64,000 bases of DNA from a virus (IMGVR_UViG_2974629863_000001:32001-96000); one strand, 5' to 3'; shown: positions 47,566 to 56,320, counted from the stretch's first letter. Notes: a model not told the origin generated them from the sequence alone. Translations and numbers: made by a program.

Positions 47566-47595
47566 AGCAAGCAACCACAACCGAAAGGCAATCTG

Positions 47596-47910
47596 ATGTC
47601 TCGCAAGATGGACAGTTTCAAAGCTGAAATTGCAGAGTACGCAGTTATCAGTGCAGAAGCTACTGATCTTCGACGTAAGCTGTCAGCAATTGAAAAGCGT
47701 CAAAAGGAAATCAAGTCTCTTGTTATTCCTAAGATGAAAGGTTCTACTGTTGGTAGTATTGACAATGAAGATCTTTTCGAGATTGTAGACGTCGGAAAGA
47801 GTTCGGTTACGATTGACAGAGTGATGCTCTACGCACCACAGCTTGCAGATAAGCTGATCGTCAAGAATCCCAGCCTGACCATTAAGTTCCTAACAAAGGT
47901 AGTAAAGTGA
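47596..47910 (+). CDS. Hypothetical protein
   Basis: SD GAAAGG downstream of the promoter; coiled-coil N-terminus. Confidence 0.7.
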   Translation: MSRKMDSFKAEIAEYAVISAEATDLRRKLSAIEKRQKEIKSLVIPKMKGSTVGSIDNEDLFEIVDVGKSSVTIDRVMLYAPQLADKLIVKNPSLTIKFLTKVVK

Positions 47911-48021
47911 AGCAGATCCAGCTCAGCAAAGATGACATTGATGATCTTGAAGGTTGGTTTGAAGATGAAGCCTTTAATGATCCCCGTCTAGGAAAGCTAC
48001 TCAGCAATCGAAAGGTTCGTA

Positions 48022-48330
48022 GTGAATACGATGATTAATTGGCTAGGCCAAGAGATTAAAGTCGGAGATATCGTTTATCGCGGGGCTAGAGATGGTGACA
48101 GTTCTAGTTTTAAACTTGGGACTGTAATCAAAGTTAATCCAGAGAAAGAAACTGCACGTGTAGAGTGGAATGTAGAACAGCAAAAGCGGATTCGAGATGA
48201 TCGCAAATCATATGATACTTATGCGGTAATGTTTAAGTATGAATCAGTTGGGACTTGTTCAATCCATACACTTTTTCTATGTCCAGGTAATTTCATAGAT
48301 GATCTACCTATTCGAGAAGGTTGGCGTTAA
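48022..48330 (+). CDS. Hypothetical protein
   Basis: LGQEIKVGD.V SH3/YopX-like start common in phage proteins. Confidence 0.65.
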   Translation: MNTMINWLGQEIKVGDIVYRGARDGDSSSFKLGTVIKVNPEKETARVEWNVEQQKRIRDDRKSYDTYAVMFKYESVGTCSIHTLFLCPGNFIDDLPIREGWR

Positions 48331-48681
48331 GTGTCTATTTATACTGATATGATTGAAATCCTTAGAGAACGTGGATTGGCTATCGGGACTCCTATTGATG
48401 AAGAAGGAAAGTGCTGTTTGCTTGGTGCTAAGGCTTTGGCTCAAGGCACAAGTGAAGTTGAAATCAATGATACCATCAATGTCTTTAATGGAGATGGAAT
48501 TGAAGAGCTGGTAGCTATTTGCTCGGATCGCCGGAATCACAATAAAGCCTTTAATCACAACAAACAATCTTATACTTATGTATGGGCTTATAGTGATGAA
48601 TTTATCCAAGGAAATACAGATGCTGCAATTGCACTTCTAGAAGAAGCTGAATCTCTCCGACAAAACAAAACTGTAGTATAA
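48331..48681 (+). CDS. Hypothetical protein
   Basis: IL.ERG.....G.CCLLGA pattern of an actinophage protein family. Confidence 0.65.
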   Translation: MSIYTDMIEILRERGLAIGTPIDEEGKCCLLGAKALAQGTSEVEINDTINVFNGDGIEELVAICSDRRNHNKAFNHNKQSYTYVWAYSDEFIQGNTDAAIALLEEAESLRQNKTVV

Positions 48682-48724
48682 TTTAGACCTTGGAAGTGAT
48701 TCACTACTCCGATTCACTTCCTTC

Positions 48725-48797
48725 GCCTCCGTAGCTCAGCGGACAGAGCAAATCACTTCTAATGATTAGGTCGCAGGTTCGATCCCTGCCGGGGGCA
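48725..48797 (+). tRNA. tRNA-Arg(TCT)
   Basis: GCCTCCG/CGGGGGC; AATCA-CTTCTAA-TGATT; GGTTCGATCCC. Confidence 0.93.
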
Positions 48798-48798
48798 C

Positions 48799-49095
48799 AT
48801 GAAAACAACAAATAAAGTATACTCAAGTTCATTCGACGCACTAGGTCGATCACCACTAGAAACAGAACAACTAAAACTACGAGCAGCATTACTCCGAGAA
48901 ATCAGAGATCACTTCTTAAACGAAGGATTGAATGAGCGAGAATTGGCGGCACTGTTGGATATCTCAATGAAACAAGCCAGTGATTTGTACTACGCCAAAT
49001 TCTCATCATTCACACTCGATGATCTACTAATGTTCATGTACCGTGGAAAACTATACTTCGATGAAATCAAGTTCTTCAACGGTTTAGGATACTAG
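48799..49095 (+). CDS. XRE-type HTH protein
   Basis: LN.RELAALLDIS..QASDL...K...FTLD.L. Confidence 0.75.
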   Translation: MKTTNKVYSSSFDALGRSPLETEQLKLRAALLREIRDHFLNEGLNERELAALLDISMKQASDLYYAKFSSFTLDDLLMFMYRGKLYFDEIKFFNGLGY

Positions 49096-49107
49096 AAAGT
49101 ATTTCTT

Positions 49108-49410
49108 ATGAAAATGTTAGGTAAGATCAAAAATCCTAAAGTATGCGAGTATGGCTATAGATGCTGCAGAGAATATAGTAAAGACAGGGTACCAAATGGC
49201 CGGATGAGAGAGAAACGTGCATTCAACTCTGAGATTCAAGATGAACTAGTCGAAGCAGGATACCAACTACAATCACTAGACGATTATAGAAAAGACTACT
49301 ATTCTTCTTGGTTTACTTTAGAAGATCTTGACGATTCTAATTTCATTATAGAAGAAATTCAAGAGATGAAATTAACATTTAATAATGTAAATTATTATCC
49401 AGCCGCTTGA
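49108..49410 (+). CDS. Hypothetical protein
   Basis: 100-aa ORF with Cys-rich N-terminus. Confidence 0.6.
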   Translation: MKMLGKIKNPKVCEYGYRCCREYSKDRVPNGRMREKRAFNSEIQDELVEAGYQLQSLDDYRKDYYSSWFTLEDLDDSNFIIEEIQEMKLTFNNVNYYPAA

Positions 49411-49643
49411 CAAATCAGAAAAGGTGTGGCAGAATGATTGAAACATGGCGCAGGGATGACGGTTGGGAAGTGGAACTAGAATTAGCGGAAGATGGTAGTT
49501 TAATTTCTACAAATCATATTCCAATGGTTAATGCTCCAAGACCTGATCCTCTTACATATCAATATATGTTTTTTGCACTTTTAGCTCATGGTTATGTGAA
49601 AATTTAATAGCAGGTTGGAGTTATCCGTAACGTCCAACTATTC

Positions 49644-49716
49644 GGTGCATTAGCTCAGCTGGTAGAGCAACGTCCTCTTAAGTCGTGGGTCATTGGTTCA
49701 AGTCCAATATGCATCA
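49644..49716 (+). tRNA. tRNA-Lys(CTT)
   Basis: GGTGCAT/ATGCATC; loop CTCTTAA; GGTTCAAGTCC; T-T mismatch in the anticodon stem. Confidence 0.88.
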
Positions 49717-49761
49717 CGTGGCGGGTTTTGATGGTTTCCTGGAGAACAAAATATCATCAAT

Positions 49762-49838
49762 GCGAGTGTAGTGTTTAACATGGTCTAGCACGTCAGTCTT
49801 CCAAACTGAAAGTGTGGGTTCGAATCCCGTCATTCGCT
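49762..49838 (+). tRNA. tRNA-Gly(TCC)
   Basis: GCGAGTG/CATTCGC; TCAGT-CTTCCAA-ACTGA; GGTTCGAATCC. Confidence 0.9.
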
Positions 49839-49844
49839 CTGTCT

Positions 49845-50038
49845 ACTAGGACTCATAATCCTAGTGAGATATAGGTTAGTCGCTAGTTTTTAATTGATTT
49901 GCCGATTGATTAAAGATAACAGACTCATAAGGGACGGCAATCCCTTTAGTCATGTAACATGTAGGGCAGGGTTCGACTCCTTGTAAAGGTGGGATACTAG
50001 ACTCATGAGGTCACCTTAGTGTAATGGGCACACTGTTG
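49845..50038 (+). ncRNA. Permuted tRNA-like structured RNA (candidate)
   Basis: CAT anticodon hairpin first, then extra hairpins, T arm GCAGGG-TTCGACT-CCTTGT, AAGGTG/CACCTT closed acceptor, D arm GTGT/ACAC. Confidence 0.5.
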
Positions 50039-50045
50039 CAATTAA

Positions 50046-50119
50046 GCTGAATTAGCTCAGTAGGTTAGAGCGCTTCACTGATAATGAAGAGGTCCGTAGT
50101 TCAAGTCTACGATTCAGCA
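50046..50119 (+). tRNA. tRNA-Ile(GAT)
   Basis: GCTGAAT/ATTCAGC; CTTCA-CTGATAA-TGAAG; GTTCAAGTC. Confidence 0.93.
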
Positions 50120-50158
50120 CCGGCGTCATTATAGAAATATAACAGCACGCCGATCAAA

Positions 50159-50230
50159 GGTCTCTTAGCTCAGTTGGTAGAGCGTTCGGTTGAAGCCCGT
50201 TGCGCGTAGGTTCGATTCCTACAGAGACCA
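50159..50230 (+). tRNA. tRNA-Phe(GAA)
   Basis: GGTCTCT/AGAGACC; CGG-TTGAAGC-CCG (weak outer anticodon stem); GGTTCGATTCC. Confidence 0.82.
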
Positions 50231-50232
50231 CT

Positions 50233-50802
50233 ATGAAAGAACAAATATTAGAGTTAAGATCTAAGGGTTATTCCTATAAAAAGATAGTAGAAGAGTTAGG
50301 CTGTTCTATAGGTACGGTTTCTTATCATTGCGGGGAAGGACAAAAAGAAAAGAAAACAATTAGGTCTAAGTTACATAAAGTGGCTAATCCATTAGTATAT
50401 AAGATTTATAAATTTAAATTAAATAGACCACAAGCAAAAGCTAAAGTTGGAAGAGTAGGAATCAGAGCTAAAGTTAGAGACTTCCAAAGGAATAGAAGTG
50501 AAAACGGATCGTATTCTAGTGGTCGAGATTTTAATTTTACAACAGAAGATCTTTTAAAGTGTTTAGGAGATGAGCCCTCTTGCTATCTTACTGGAAAAGC
50601 GATTGACTTATCAAAACCAGAGACTTATAGTCTAGATCATGTAATTCCAGCTAGTAAAGGCGGAGAAAACATATTAGATAATCTAGGGTTAGCCTCCAGA
50701 AAAGCAAATATGGCAAAGAGTGATTCCTCTTTAGAAGAATTCATAGAGATGTGCTATGATGTACTGATTCACTGGGAAATCATTGAAAAGATTGATAATT
50801 AA
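50233..50802 (+). CDS. HNH homing endonuclease with N-terminal HTH, inside the tRNA cluster
   Basis: GYSYKKI..ELGCS.GTVSYH HTH; CYLTG...SLDHVIP.SKGG.N...NL......N..K; start re-called at ATG 50233. Confidence 0.85.
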   Translation: MKEQILELRSKGYSYKKIVEELGCSIGTVSYHCGEGQKEKKTIRSKLHKVANPLVYKIYKFKLNRPQAKAKVGRVGIRAKVRDFQRNRSENGSYSSGRDFNFTTEDLLKCLGDEPSCYLTGKAIDLSKPETYSLDHVIPASKGGENILDNLGLASRKANMAKSDSSLEEFIEMCYDVLIHWEIIEKIDN

Positions 50803-50808
50803 ATATTT

Positions 50809-50892
50809 GGTGGGTCTTACATTTGGCGTGTTAAGCTGTCTTGAAAACAGTCAAGGGTGAAACCGATGAGAGTTCGAATCTCTTGCCCACCG
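50809..50892 (+). tRNA. tRNA-Ser(TGA)
   Basis: GGTGGGT/GCCCACC; GCTGT-CTTGAAA-ACAGT; long variable arm; GTTCGAATC; G discriminator. Confidence 0.85.
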
Positions 50893-51000
50893 CTTTGAAT
50901 GTAAGGATTTACCACTCGGGACTTATTGCTTGGGTTATCGAGCTATGGACTTCCGCAATTCTCCAATAAATAACAGCAATTGAGGAGAGCATTCAATTAA

Positions 51001-51073
51001 TCCCGCATAGCTCAATTGGCAGAGCACGGAGCTGTTAACTCCGGGGTTCTTGGTTCGAGTCCAAGTGTGGGAG
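51001..51073 (+). tRNA. tRNA-Asn(GTT)
   Basis: TCCCGCA/TGTGGGA; CGGAG-CTGTTAA-CTCCG; GGTTCGAGTCC. Confidence 0.95.
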
Positions 51074-51106
51074 CTTTATACAACAACTATTCGAAAGGCA
51101 TTATCA

Positions 51107-51379
51107 ATGAGTCGTCGGTACGTAAGATATGAAGTTGATGCAAATTTTAATTTAATTTCAGCTACAGCCACTTCATTTTCAACTTTTGATGCGGATCTTA
51201 TCGATCCGAAAGCGCATTACGTATACATCATTCCCTGGTCAGATTCTATTTCAGGCGCTAATCATCTAATATGGTCTGCAAAAGAAGGATACACTGATAT
51301 AAAGAATGATCCAAAATTCAGAAAATATGAATTGATTAAAGAAGAGCTAATCGAACAATACGGTTCAATCGAAAACTAA
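51107..51379 (+). CDS. Hypothetical protein
   Basis: Start re-called at ATG 51107 (SD GAAAGG); the longer ORF overlaps tRNA-Asn. Confidence 0.65.
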   Translation: MSRRYVRYEVDANFNLISATATSFSTFDADLIDPKAHYVYIIPWSDSISGANHLIWSAKEGYTDIKNDPKFRKYELIKEELIEQYGSIEN

Positions 51380-51392
51380 CAAAGGAAATAAA

Positions 51393-53471
51393 ATGCTAGT
51401 AGATCTTAAGAGAAACTTCATTACTACTAATGATTCTCGCTCACCCGCAACTGATCAGGAAAAGGTCGCATTTATTCTAGAGGCAGCTAATCTAGGATAC
51501 GCAGTTCCTTTCGAAGCAATTGCCAAGGTTTCAAATGCCAATCTTTTGAATGTTCTTAACAACATGAAGACATTTAAGGGTGTCGGTAAGGATTGGACTC
51601 CTTTTTACCCTAACTTCCCTCGCCAGGTACAGTTGGCATCGGGTTGGGAACTCTTCTTGAATGCTTTTATTCATTACGGCAGTATGGCATTTGGTCGTGA
51701 TATTCGTCCAGATTACCCAGTGGAGATTCGCCGGAAGCTAGAAGTAGTTTCAGAAGATCTAACTCTACTTACACTAGTAGAAGAAGAAGAACTACTTACC
51801 TCTGAGATTGAAACCCTTCAGAATAAGGTCTCTCTTTCGGCAGAAGACTTTGTTAGCATCACGAATGCAATTGTTCAGTATGGAATCAACAAGTCTGTCA
51901 AGTTGATTGATGGTTTCAAGTTTGATAACAAGGAAAACTGGATTCAGTCTCTCAAGATTCTAATTGATCTTGAAGTTCCTGTTTATAAGGTAGAAGCTAT
52001 TGCTTACAAGGAAGCTAAGACTGCAACAGATCTTTTGCGTGCAATTTTCATGCTGTACTCAGATGAGAATGTTCACATTGATCTAACTGCTAAGAATAAG
52101 AAGGTTTACCTCAAGTCTATTCCGCGTGCTTCTCGTCAACTGATTATCGAGAATATTGATTCATCAGATTACAATATGGATGACTTCTTTATTCATCGTA
52201 AGCTCTGGAAGATTGTGGATCGTAAGATTCATCCAGGAGATTATTCTAACTTCACGAATGCTCTAAATGCATTTGATATTGTTCGTGGTACTGTCAAGTA
52301 CAAGACGTTCAATTCACGTGTAGAGTCTGCCATTGCTTCAGGTAATGCAGCAGATATCGCAAGCCTTCTGAAGACTCGTCCTGGTGTCTTTGCCCGTCGT
52401 CTAGATCATGCTCTACGATCAGTAGATGCAGATGGACAGAAGACAATTGCAGAGGCTTTTGGTTCTGTGGCAACTAAGATCAGCACTCCTGTTCTTATTT
52501 CACTCTACAATGGCATTATCAATCGTGACAATACAGCTTCAGTAATTCGCACTAAGTCGGGGCAGACTGCTAATGTTACCAATGTTAAGGCATCTATTCA
52601 TGATGTAATTGTATTTGCCATTGGTGAGATTATTCTCGCAGCTCTTAGTGCAAGTTATGCAGATCGTGATCCTATGGGTAAGGTCTATGTTTCGCCGGAT
52701 CTTAAGAACTTTTCTGCACCACTACAGCAGCGTACTGTTTCTTCAGGTCGTGTATTGCCACGTGGATCACGAGTTCCGATGGAAATAGAAGGCACTCTAC
52801 GATTCTTTATTCATTGGTACAATATGGATGAAGCATATGGTCGGGTTGATCTTGATATGGACGCAATCTTTCTAGATGATAATCTAGTGGTTCAGGATTT
52901 CGTTTCATATCATCGTCTACGCAATACATATTCAACTCACTCAGGTGATATCACCAATGCCCCACTTCCAAGCGGAGCTGCAGAGTTTGTTGATGTTGAC
53001 GTAGCTAAGGCAAAGCGTCAAGGGGTTCGATACGTATTGATGAATATCAATAGCTTCACTGGTCAGAAGTTTGATCAGGTAGAGAACTTTGCTGGTTACA
53101 TGGTTCGCAATGGTGATCCGCAGGATGGAGAAATCTTCGATCCTAAGACTGTAAAGAGTGCATTTAGTATTTCATCTCCTACGGGAAATGCAATGCCAGG
53201 TGTATTCGATCTAGAGGCTGGTCTATTTGTTTGGCTGGACACTTCATTGGGCAATGCGGGCGTAGGCTTCAACGCTCGCCAGGGTTCGACCGAGCTAGCC
53301 GAAACGCTTCGACTCGAGCTTGACAAGCAGTCGCTCACGGTGTACGATGTAATTACAGCCAACGCAAAGGCACGCGGAATCCTAGTAGAGAAAGATGATG
53401 CAGATGTTATCTACGATCTTGAAACATTAGATATCTACGATTCAAACGGATTCATTAACAAGTTTCTTTAA
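51393..53471 (+). CDS. Large helical protein with C-terminal TerD-like domain; putative RNA-binding (Ro/TROVE-analogous) protein
   Basis: PFYPNFP.QV, RPG.FARRLD, PRGSR; TerD-like FF.HW...RVDLD......D...HSGDI.NAP...AAEFVDVD; followed by a structured RNA array. Confidence 0.65.
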   Translation: MLVDLKRNFITTNDSRSPATDQEKVAFILEAANLGYAVPFEAIAKVSNANLLNVLNNMKTFKGVGKDWTPFYPNFPRQVQLASGWELFLNAFIHYGSMAFGRDIRPDYPVEIRRKLEVVSEDLTLLTLVEEEELLTSEIETLQNKVSLSAEDFVSITNAIVQYGINKSVKLIDGFKFDNKENWIQSLKILIDLEVPVYKVEAIAYKEAKTATDLLRAIFMLYSDENVHIDLTAKNKKVYLKSIPRASRQLIIENIDSSDYNMDDFFIHRKLWKIVDRKIHPGDYSNFTNALNAFDIVRGTVKYKTFNSRVESAIASGNAADIASLLKTRPGVFARRLDHALRSVDADGQKTIAEAFGSVATKISTPVLISLYNGIINRDNTASVIRTKSGQTANVTNVKASIHDVIVFAIGEIILAALSASYADRDPMGKVYVSPDLKNFSAPLQQRTVSSGRVLPRGSRVPMEIEGTLRFFIHWYNMDEAYGRVDLDMDAIFLDDNLVVQDFVSYHRLRNTYSTHSGDITNAPLPSGAAEFVDVDVAKAKRQGVRYVLMNINSFTGQKFDQVENFAGYMVRNGDPQDGEIFDPKTVKSAFSISSPTGNAMPGVFDLEAGLFVWLDTSLGNAGVGFNARQGSTELAETLRLELDKQSLTVYDVITANAKARGILVEKDDADVIYDLETLDIYDSNGFINKFL

Positions 53472-53477
53472 GTAGTA

Positions 53478-53548
53478 ATAGGGATTAAGAATAGTTTACT
53501 TCTACTATTAATTGGATAATAAAAAAACTAACTATCCGCTCACCCTAT
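53478..53548 (+). ncRNA. Array RNA unit 1 (Y-RNA-like)
   Basis: ATAGGG-ATTAA-GAATAGT-TTACTTC...ACTATCC-GCTCA-CCCTAT. Confidence 0.75.
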
Positions 53549-53559
53549 ATCACTTAACA

Positions 53560-53628
53560 AAGAGGCTCAAGTATAGGTTACTTCCTTTTTATATGACAAA
53601 AAACAAATTACCTATGCGCTCACCTCTT
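53560..53628 (+). ncRNA. Array RNA unit 2 (Y-RNA-like)
   Basis: AAGAGG-CTCAA-GTATAGG-TTACTTC...CCTATGC-GCTCA-CCTCTT. Confidence 0.75.
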
Positions 53629-53639
53629 CTAAATTTCAT

Positions 53640-53763
53640 CAGGATTAAGATTAACTTACTTCGCCTCTTAAGCGGGTGGGTACGGGTTCGAATCCCGTTG
53701 CTAGTGATATCACTGGTATAGCTCAATTGGCAGAGCAACCTTTTTCAGTTAATCGCTCGCCTG
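53640..53763 (+). ncRNA. Array RNA unit 3 with circularly permuted tRNA-Lys(CTT)-like module (YrlA-like)
   Basis: CAGG-ATTAA-GATTAAC-TTACTTC, then anticodon arm, T arm, closed acceptor stem and D arm, then GTTAATC-GCTCG-CCTG. Confidence 0.85.
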
Positions 53764-53772
53764 GCAAACTTC

Positions 53773-53835
53773 AGAAGGCTTAAATATGACTTACTTCTAT
53801 GAATCGGTCAAATATTAGTCATATGCTCACCTTCT
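53773..53835 (+). ncRNA. Array RNA unit 4 (Y-RNA-like)
   Basis: AGAAGG-CTTAA-ATATGAC-TTACTTC...GTCATAT-GCTCA-CCTTCT. Confidence 0.75.
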
Positions 53836-53859
53836 CTTAGCCAACAAGGATATCATTTA

Positions 53860-54078
53860 ATGATAGACAAATATTACGTAATTGTAACAAACAAATACAC
53901 CGCCCACCACCTAGACATCTTCGAAGAATTTTGGGGTGGGTCTTTTTGGTTTAAAGCCAATGCCCAAAGAGCAGCATTTTTCGTAAGCAATAGTCCTGAA
54001 GTCATTCGTGAACAATGGACTGTGATGGTAGAACTCAGACCTAAGAACACTCCACGCAAAACTTTTCCACACCGATAG
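53860..54078 (+). CDS. Hypothetical protein
   Basis: SD AAGGA; 72 aa. Confidence 0.6.
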   Translation: MIDKYYVIVTNKYTAHHLDIFEEFWGGSFWFKANAQRAAFFVSNSPEVIREQWTVMVELRPKNTPRKTFPHR

Positions 54079-54085
54079 GAAACCA

Positions 54086-54493
54086 ATGATTTCGACAGTT
54101 AAGTATTGGTCTGTTGAAGACGAAGAGCCGGTAGTAAAAGACATCTATAAAGTGTCACCGATAAACGAATACGAATATTACATCGAATATACCGACCTAG
54201 GAAAACACTGGGTAAGTCTTCTACTTAAAATGCACCAACACTACATTAACTCTGAGATTGATCAATTCGTTGCCACTTCACAGGCAGTTGAATACGGCAA
54301 AAAAGCAGTCATAAAAATTCTACTTGAAAACTATTGGCCGATTGAAAGAATAGTTGAAGAATATAGAGAACCGGGCTTATATGATTACCAGTTTAAAAAC
54401 TGGTATGATCTGGCCTGTCCACTACCAGATGATGATCAAGATTGGCTCGGACTCCACCGACGCCAAGATAGATTTATTAAGATCGGACAATGA
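54086..54493 (+). CDS. Hypothetical protein
   Basis: SD AGGA; 135 aa. Confidence 0.65.
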   Translation: MISTVKYWSVEDEEPVVKDIYKVSPINEYEYYIEYTDLGKHWVSLLLKMHQHYINSEIDQFVATSQAVEYGKKAVIKILLENYWPIERIVEEYREPGLYDYQFKNWYDLACPLPDDDQDWLGLHRRQDRFIKIGQ

Positions 54494-54643
54494 TGCACGT
54501 CTATTATGCAGAGTGGAATTCAACAGTAAACGAATGGTTCGGATATACCCCGAACATGCCAAGTGTTAAATGTTTTCATGTTAGTGCTGCAACTGCACTC
54601 CAAAATATTAAAACGGTACATGAATGGTACTTAGGAGAACCAG

Positions 54644-55009
54644 ATGTCAACGAACTACTATCTATATAAGAAGTGCTCTGACGCTTGCCTACATTGCACT
54701 GGTGAAATAGAACTTCACATTTGCAAGAACCTAACAATGTTTAGAGCCTACGAAATAGAAGATACTTCGATCAAGAGCTGGCAAGACTGGATTGCTTACC
54801 TAGCAACTCAAGTTTATTTGAATGACGGTCTCATTAAAGATGAGTACGGCAGGATACATTCTCTTGATTATTTCATTCACAGTGTAAATGAAACCACATT
54901 AGAAAGCAGACGAAAGTATTATGACTACAGTGTTGAGCATTTTGGGCCTGATGACTCTTTTTGGCTTGATCCTCAAGGTTTTGATTTCACCGCGAAAGAG
55001 TTTAGCTAG
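54644..55009 (+). CDS. Hypothetical protein
   Basis: SD AGGAG; M.TNYY...LHI.K...DEYG...FS pattern common in phage proteins. Confidence 0.7.
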   Translation: MSTNYYLYKKCSDACLHCTGEIELHICKNLTMFRAYEIEDTSIKSWQDWIAYLATQVYLNDGLIKDEYGRIHSLDYFIHSVNETTLESRRKYYDYSVEHFGPDDSFWLDPQGFDFTAKEFS

Positions 55010-55616
55010 TCTGAAGAAGTGTTTTGGTTTTCGAAATCAAAGCGGTTTGTCTGGCTATACCACTCTAAGAATCTTCAAAATCAGCTTCTATTTCCACCCT
55101 CGCTACTCTTGGGTAGAGCAATGGTCTTGGGAGCGAGGCCGGTGTGAAGAGAGACGTCTACGTTTCCCACTAGGTAAGAAATACTCTCTAGAGATTTACG
55201 GCGAAGGAAAGACTTACTTAGAACTAGTTAATGGTCCAGAGTATCTCAAGGATCTTGACTGGATTCTAGATGAGTTTGATTCTAGCTTTAATGATCTAGC
55301 GACTGCAAGTCTTCGATACCACTTGGATCATTCAATTTGTGATCAATCACGTAATCGTGAGAAGTATGAAGATATTATCGAGCGTCTAGCAGAAAAATCG
55401 CCGGAAGTGTGTGGTACCCCTGAGCAAAGAGCTATTTATGACGAACACTACAGTAATGAAACTGTAGAAGAAATGTTCGAAAATCTCAATAAGCCTACCC
55501 CACCAGCAATCAAAGAAATCTATGCAGACTTTGATAAGCGTGAAAAAGAATATCATGAACGCCAACTGCAGGCTAGGATTGACTTTGTGAAGGTCATGCC
55601 GGGACTTTGGAGCTAA
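54921..55616 (+). CDS. Hypothetical protein (start uncertain)
   Basis: Long ORF filling the gap, with phage-like codon usage. Confidence 0.6.
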   Translation: MTTVLSILGLMTLFGLILKVLISPRKSLASLKKCFGFRNQSGLSGYTTLRIFKISFYFHPRYSWVEQWSWERGRCEERRLRFPLGKKYSLEIYGEGKTYLELVNGPEYLKDLDWILDEFDSSFNDLATASLRYHLDHSICDQSRNREKYEDIIERLAEKSPEVCGTPEQRAIYDEHYSNETVEEMFENLNKPTPPAIKEIYADFDKREKEYHERQLQARIDFVKVMPGLWS

Positions 55617-55739
55617 TATGATTAATCTGTACTTTGATCTAAAAGATTCCATTCTGCCAGTGAAGGTATCGTTTGAACATACAGATGGGCTTAGCCTAGA
55701 AATTGGCTTAACAGCAGAAATGATTCATGATGCACATCA

Positions 55740-56168
55740 ATGGTTAGAGGAGCAAGGATTATGAGCTGGGAATCAGTCTGGGTTGGTAGTATTCCTGAAG
55801 AGTCAATTGATAGACGAGTTGATGTTCTAAAATGGGCATTTGGATATCTTGACGGAGACCCTAATTCCATTGACGAATATCAATGGCGATATATGGCCGA
55901 GCAAACAATTCTGGATAATCCAACTATGATGATTGCAGCTCATGATTTTCCAGCTCCCTTAGAGTGGGAATATTCAGTTTATGGCGATCGTTTATATGAA
56001 GATCGTGAGCCAATGAAAGATATTATGCTTTCAACTTGGGATTGGAACTTGAAAGCAGTTCAAAAAATGGCAGAGTATTGGAACGAAAACGAACACACTG
56101 AAAATGCCAAAGTATATTGCAGGCTAGCGTCTGACAAAGTAGAGTTTAAGGATGAAAACAATGCCTAA
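55740..56168 (+). CDS. Hypothetical protein (true start probably a downstream ATG)
   Basis: Packed ORF. Confidence 0.6.
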   Translation: MVRGARIMSWESVWVGSIPEESIDRRVDVLKWAFGYLDGDPNSIDEYQWRYMAEQTILDNPTMMIAAHDFPAPLEWEYSVYGDRLYEDREPMKDIMLSTWDWNLKAVQKMAEYWNENEHTENAKVYCRLASDKVEFKDENNA

Positions 56169-56320
56169 TGGTGATCTAACTCGACAGAACAAGTCACTAC
56201 GAACTAAGGTTCTAAATCAGCGAAAAGAAATTAAGACTCTAGTTAAGCGTCTAGAAAATGTAGAAACGCTTAACTCAACTGCATATCTTCAGGGGTATGC
56301 AAAGGCTCTAGAGCTGATGA

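Noticed and set aside
53500-53516. Anticodon-like loop CTATTAA in array unit 1
   Set aside because: The flanking stem is weak (mismatch plus G-U), and units 2 and 4 show no equivalent
53512-53721. 69-aa ORF in the ORF track
   Set aside because: TTG start without SD; runs across the structured RNA units and the tRNA-like module
53478-53835. CRISPR array interpretation of the four repeated units
   Set aside because: Units are not identical direct repeats; conservation is structural (covarying stems), lengths vary widely, and no cas operon is adjacent
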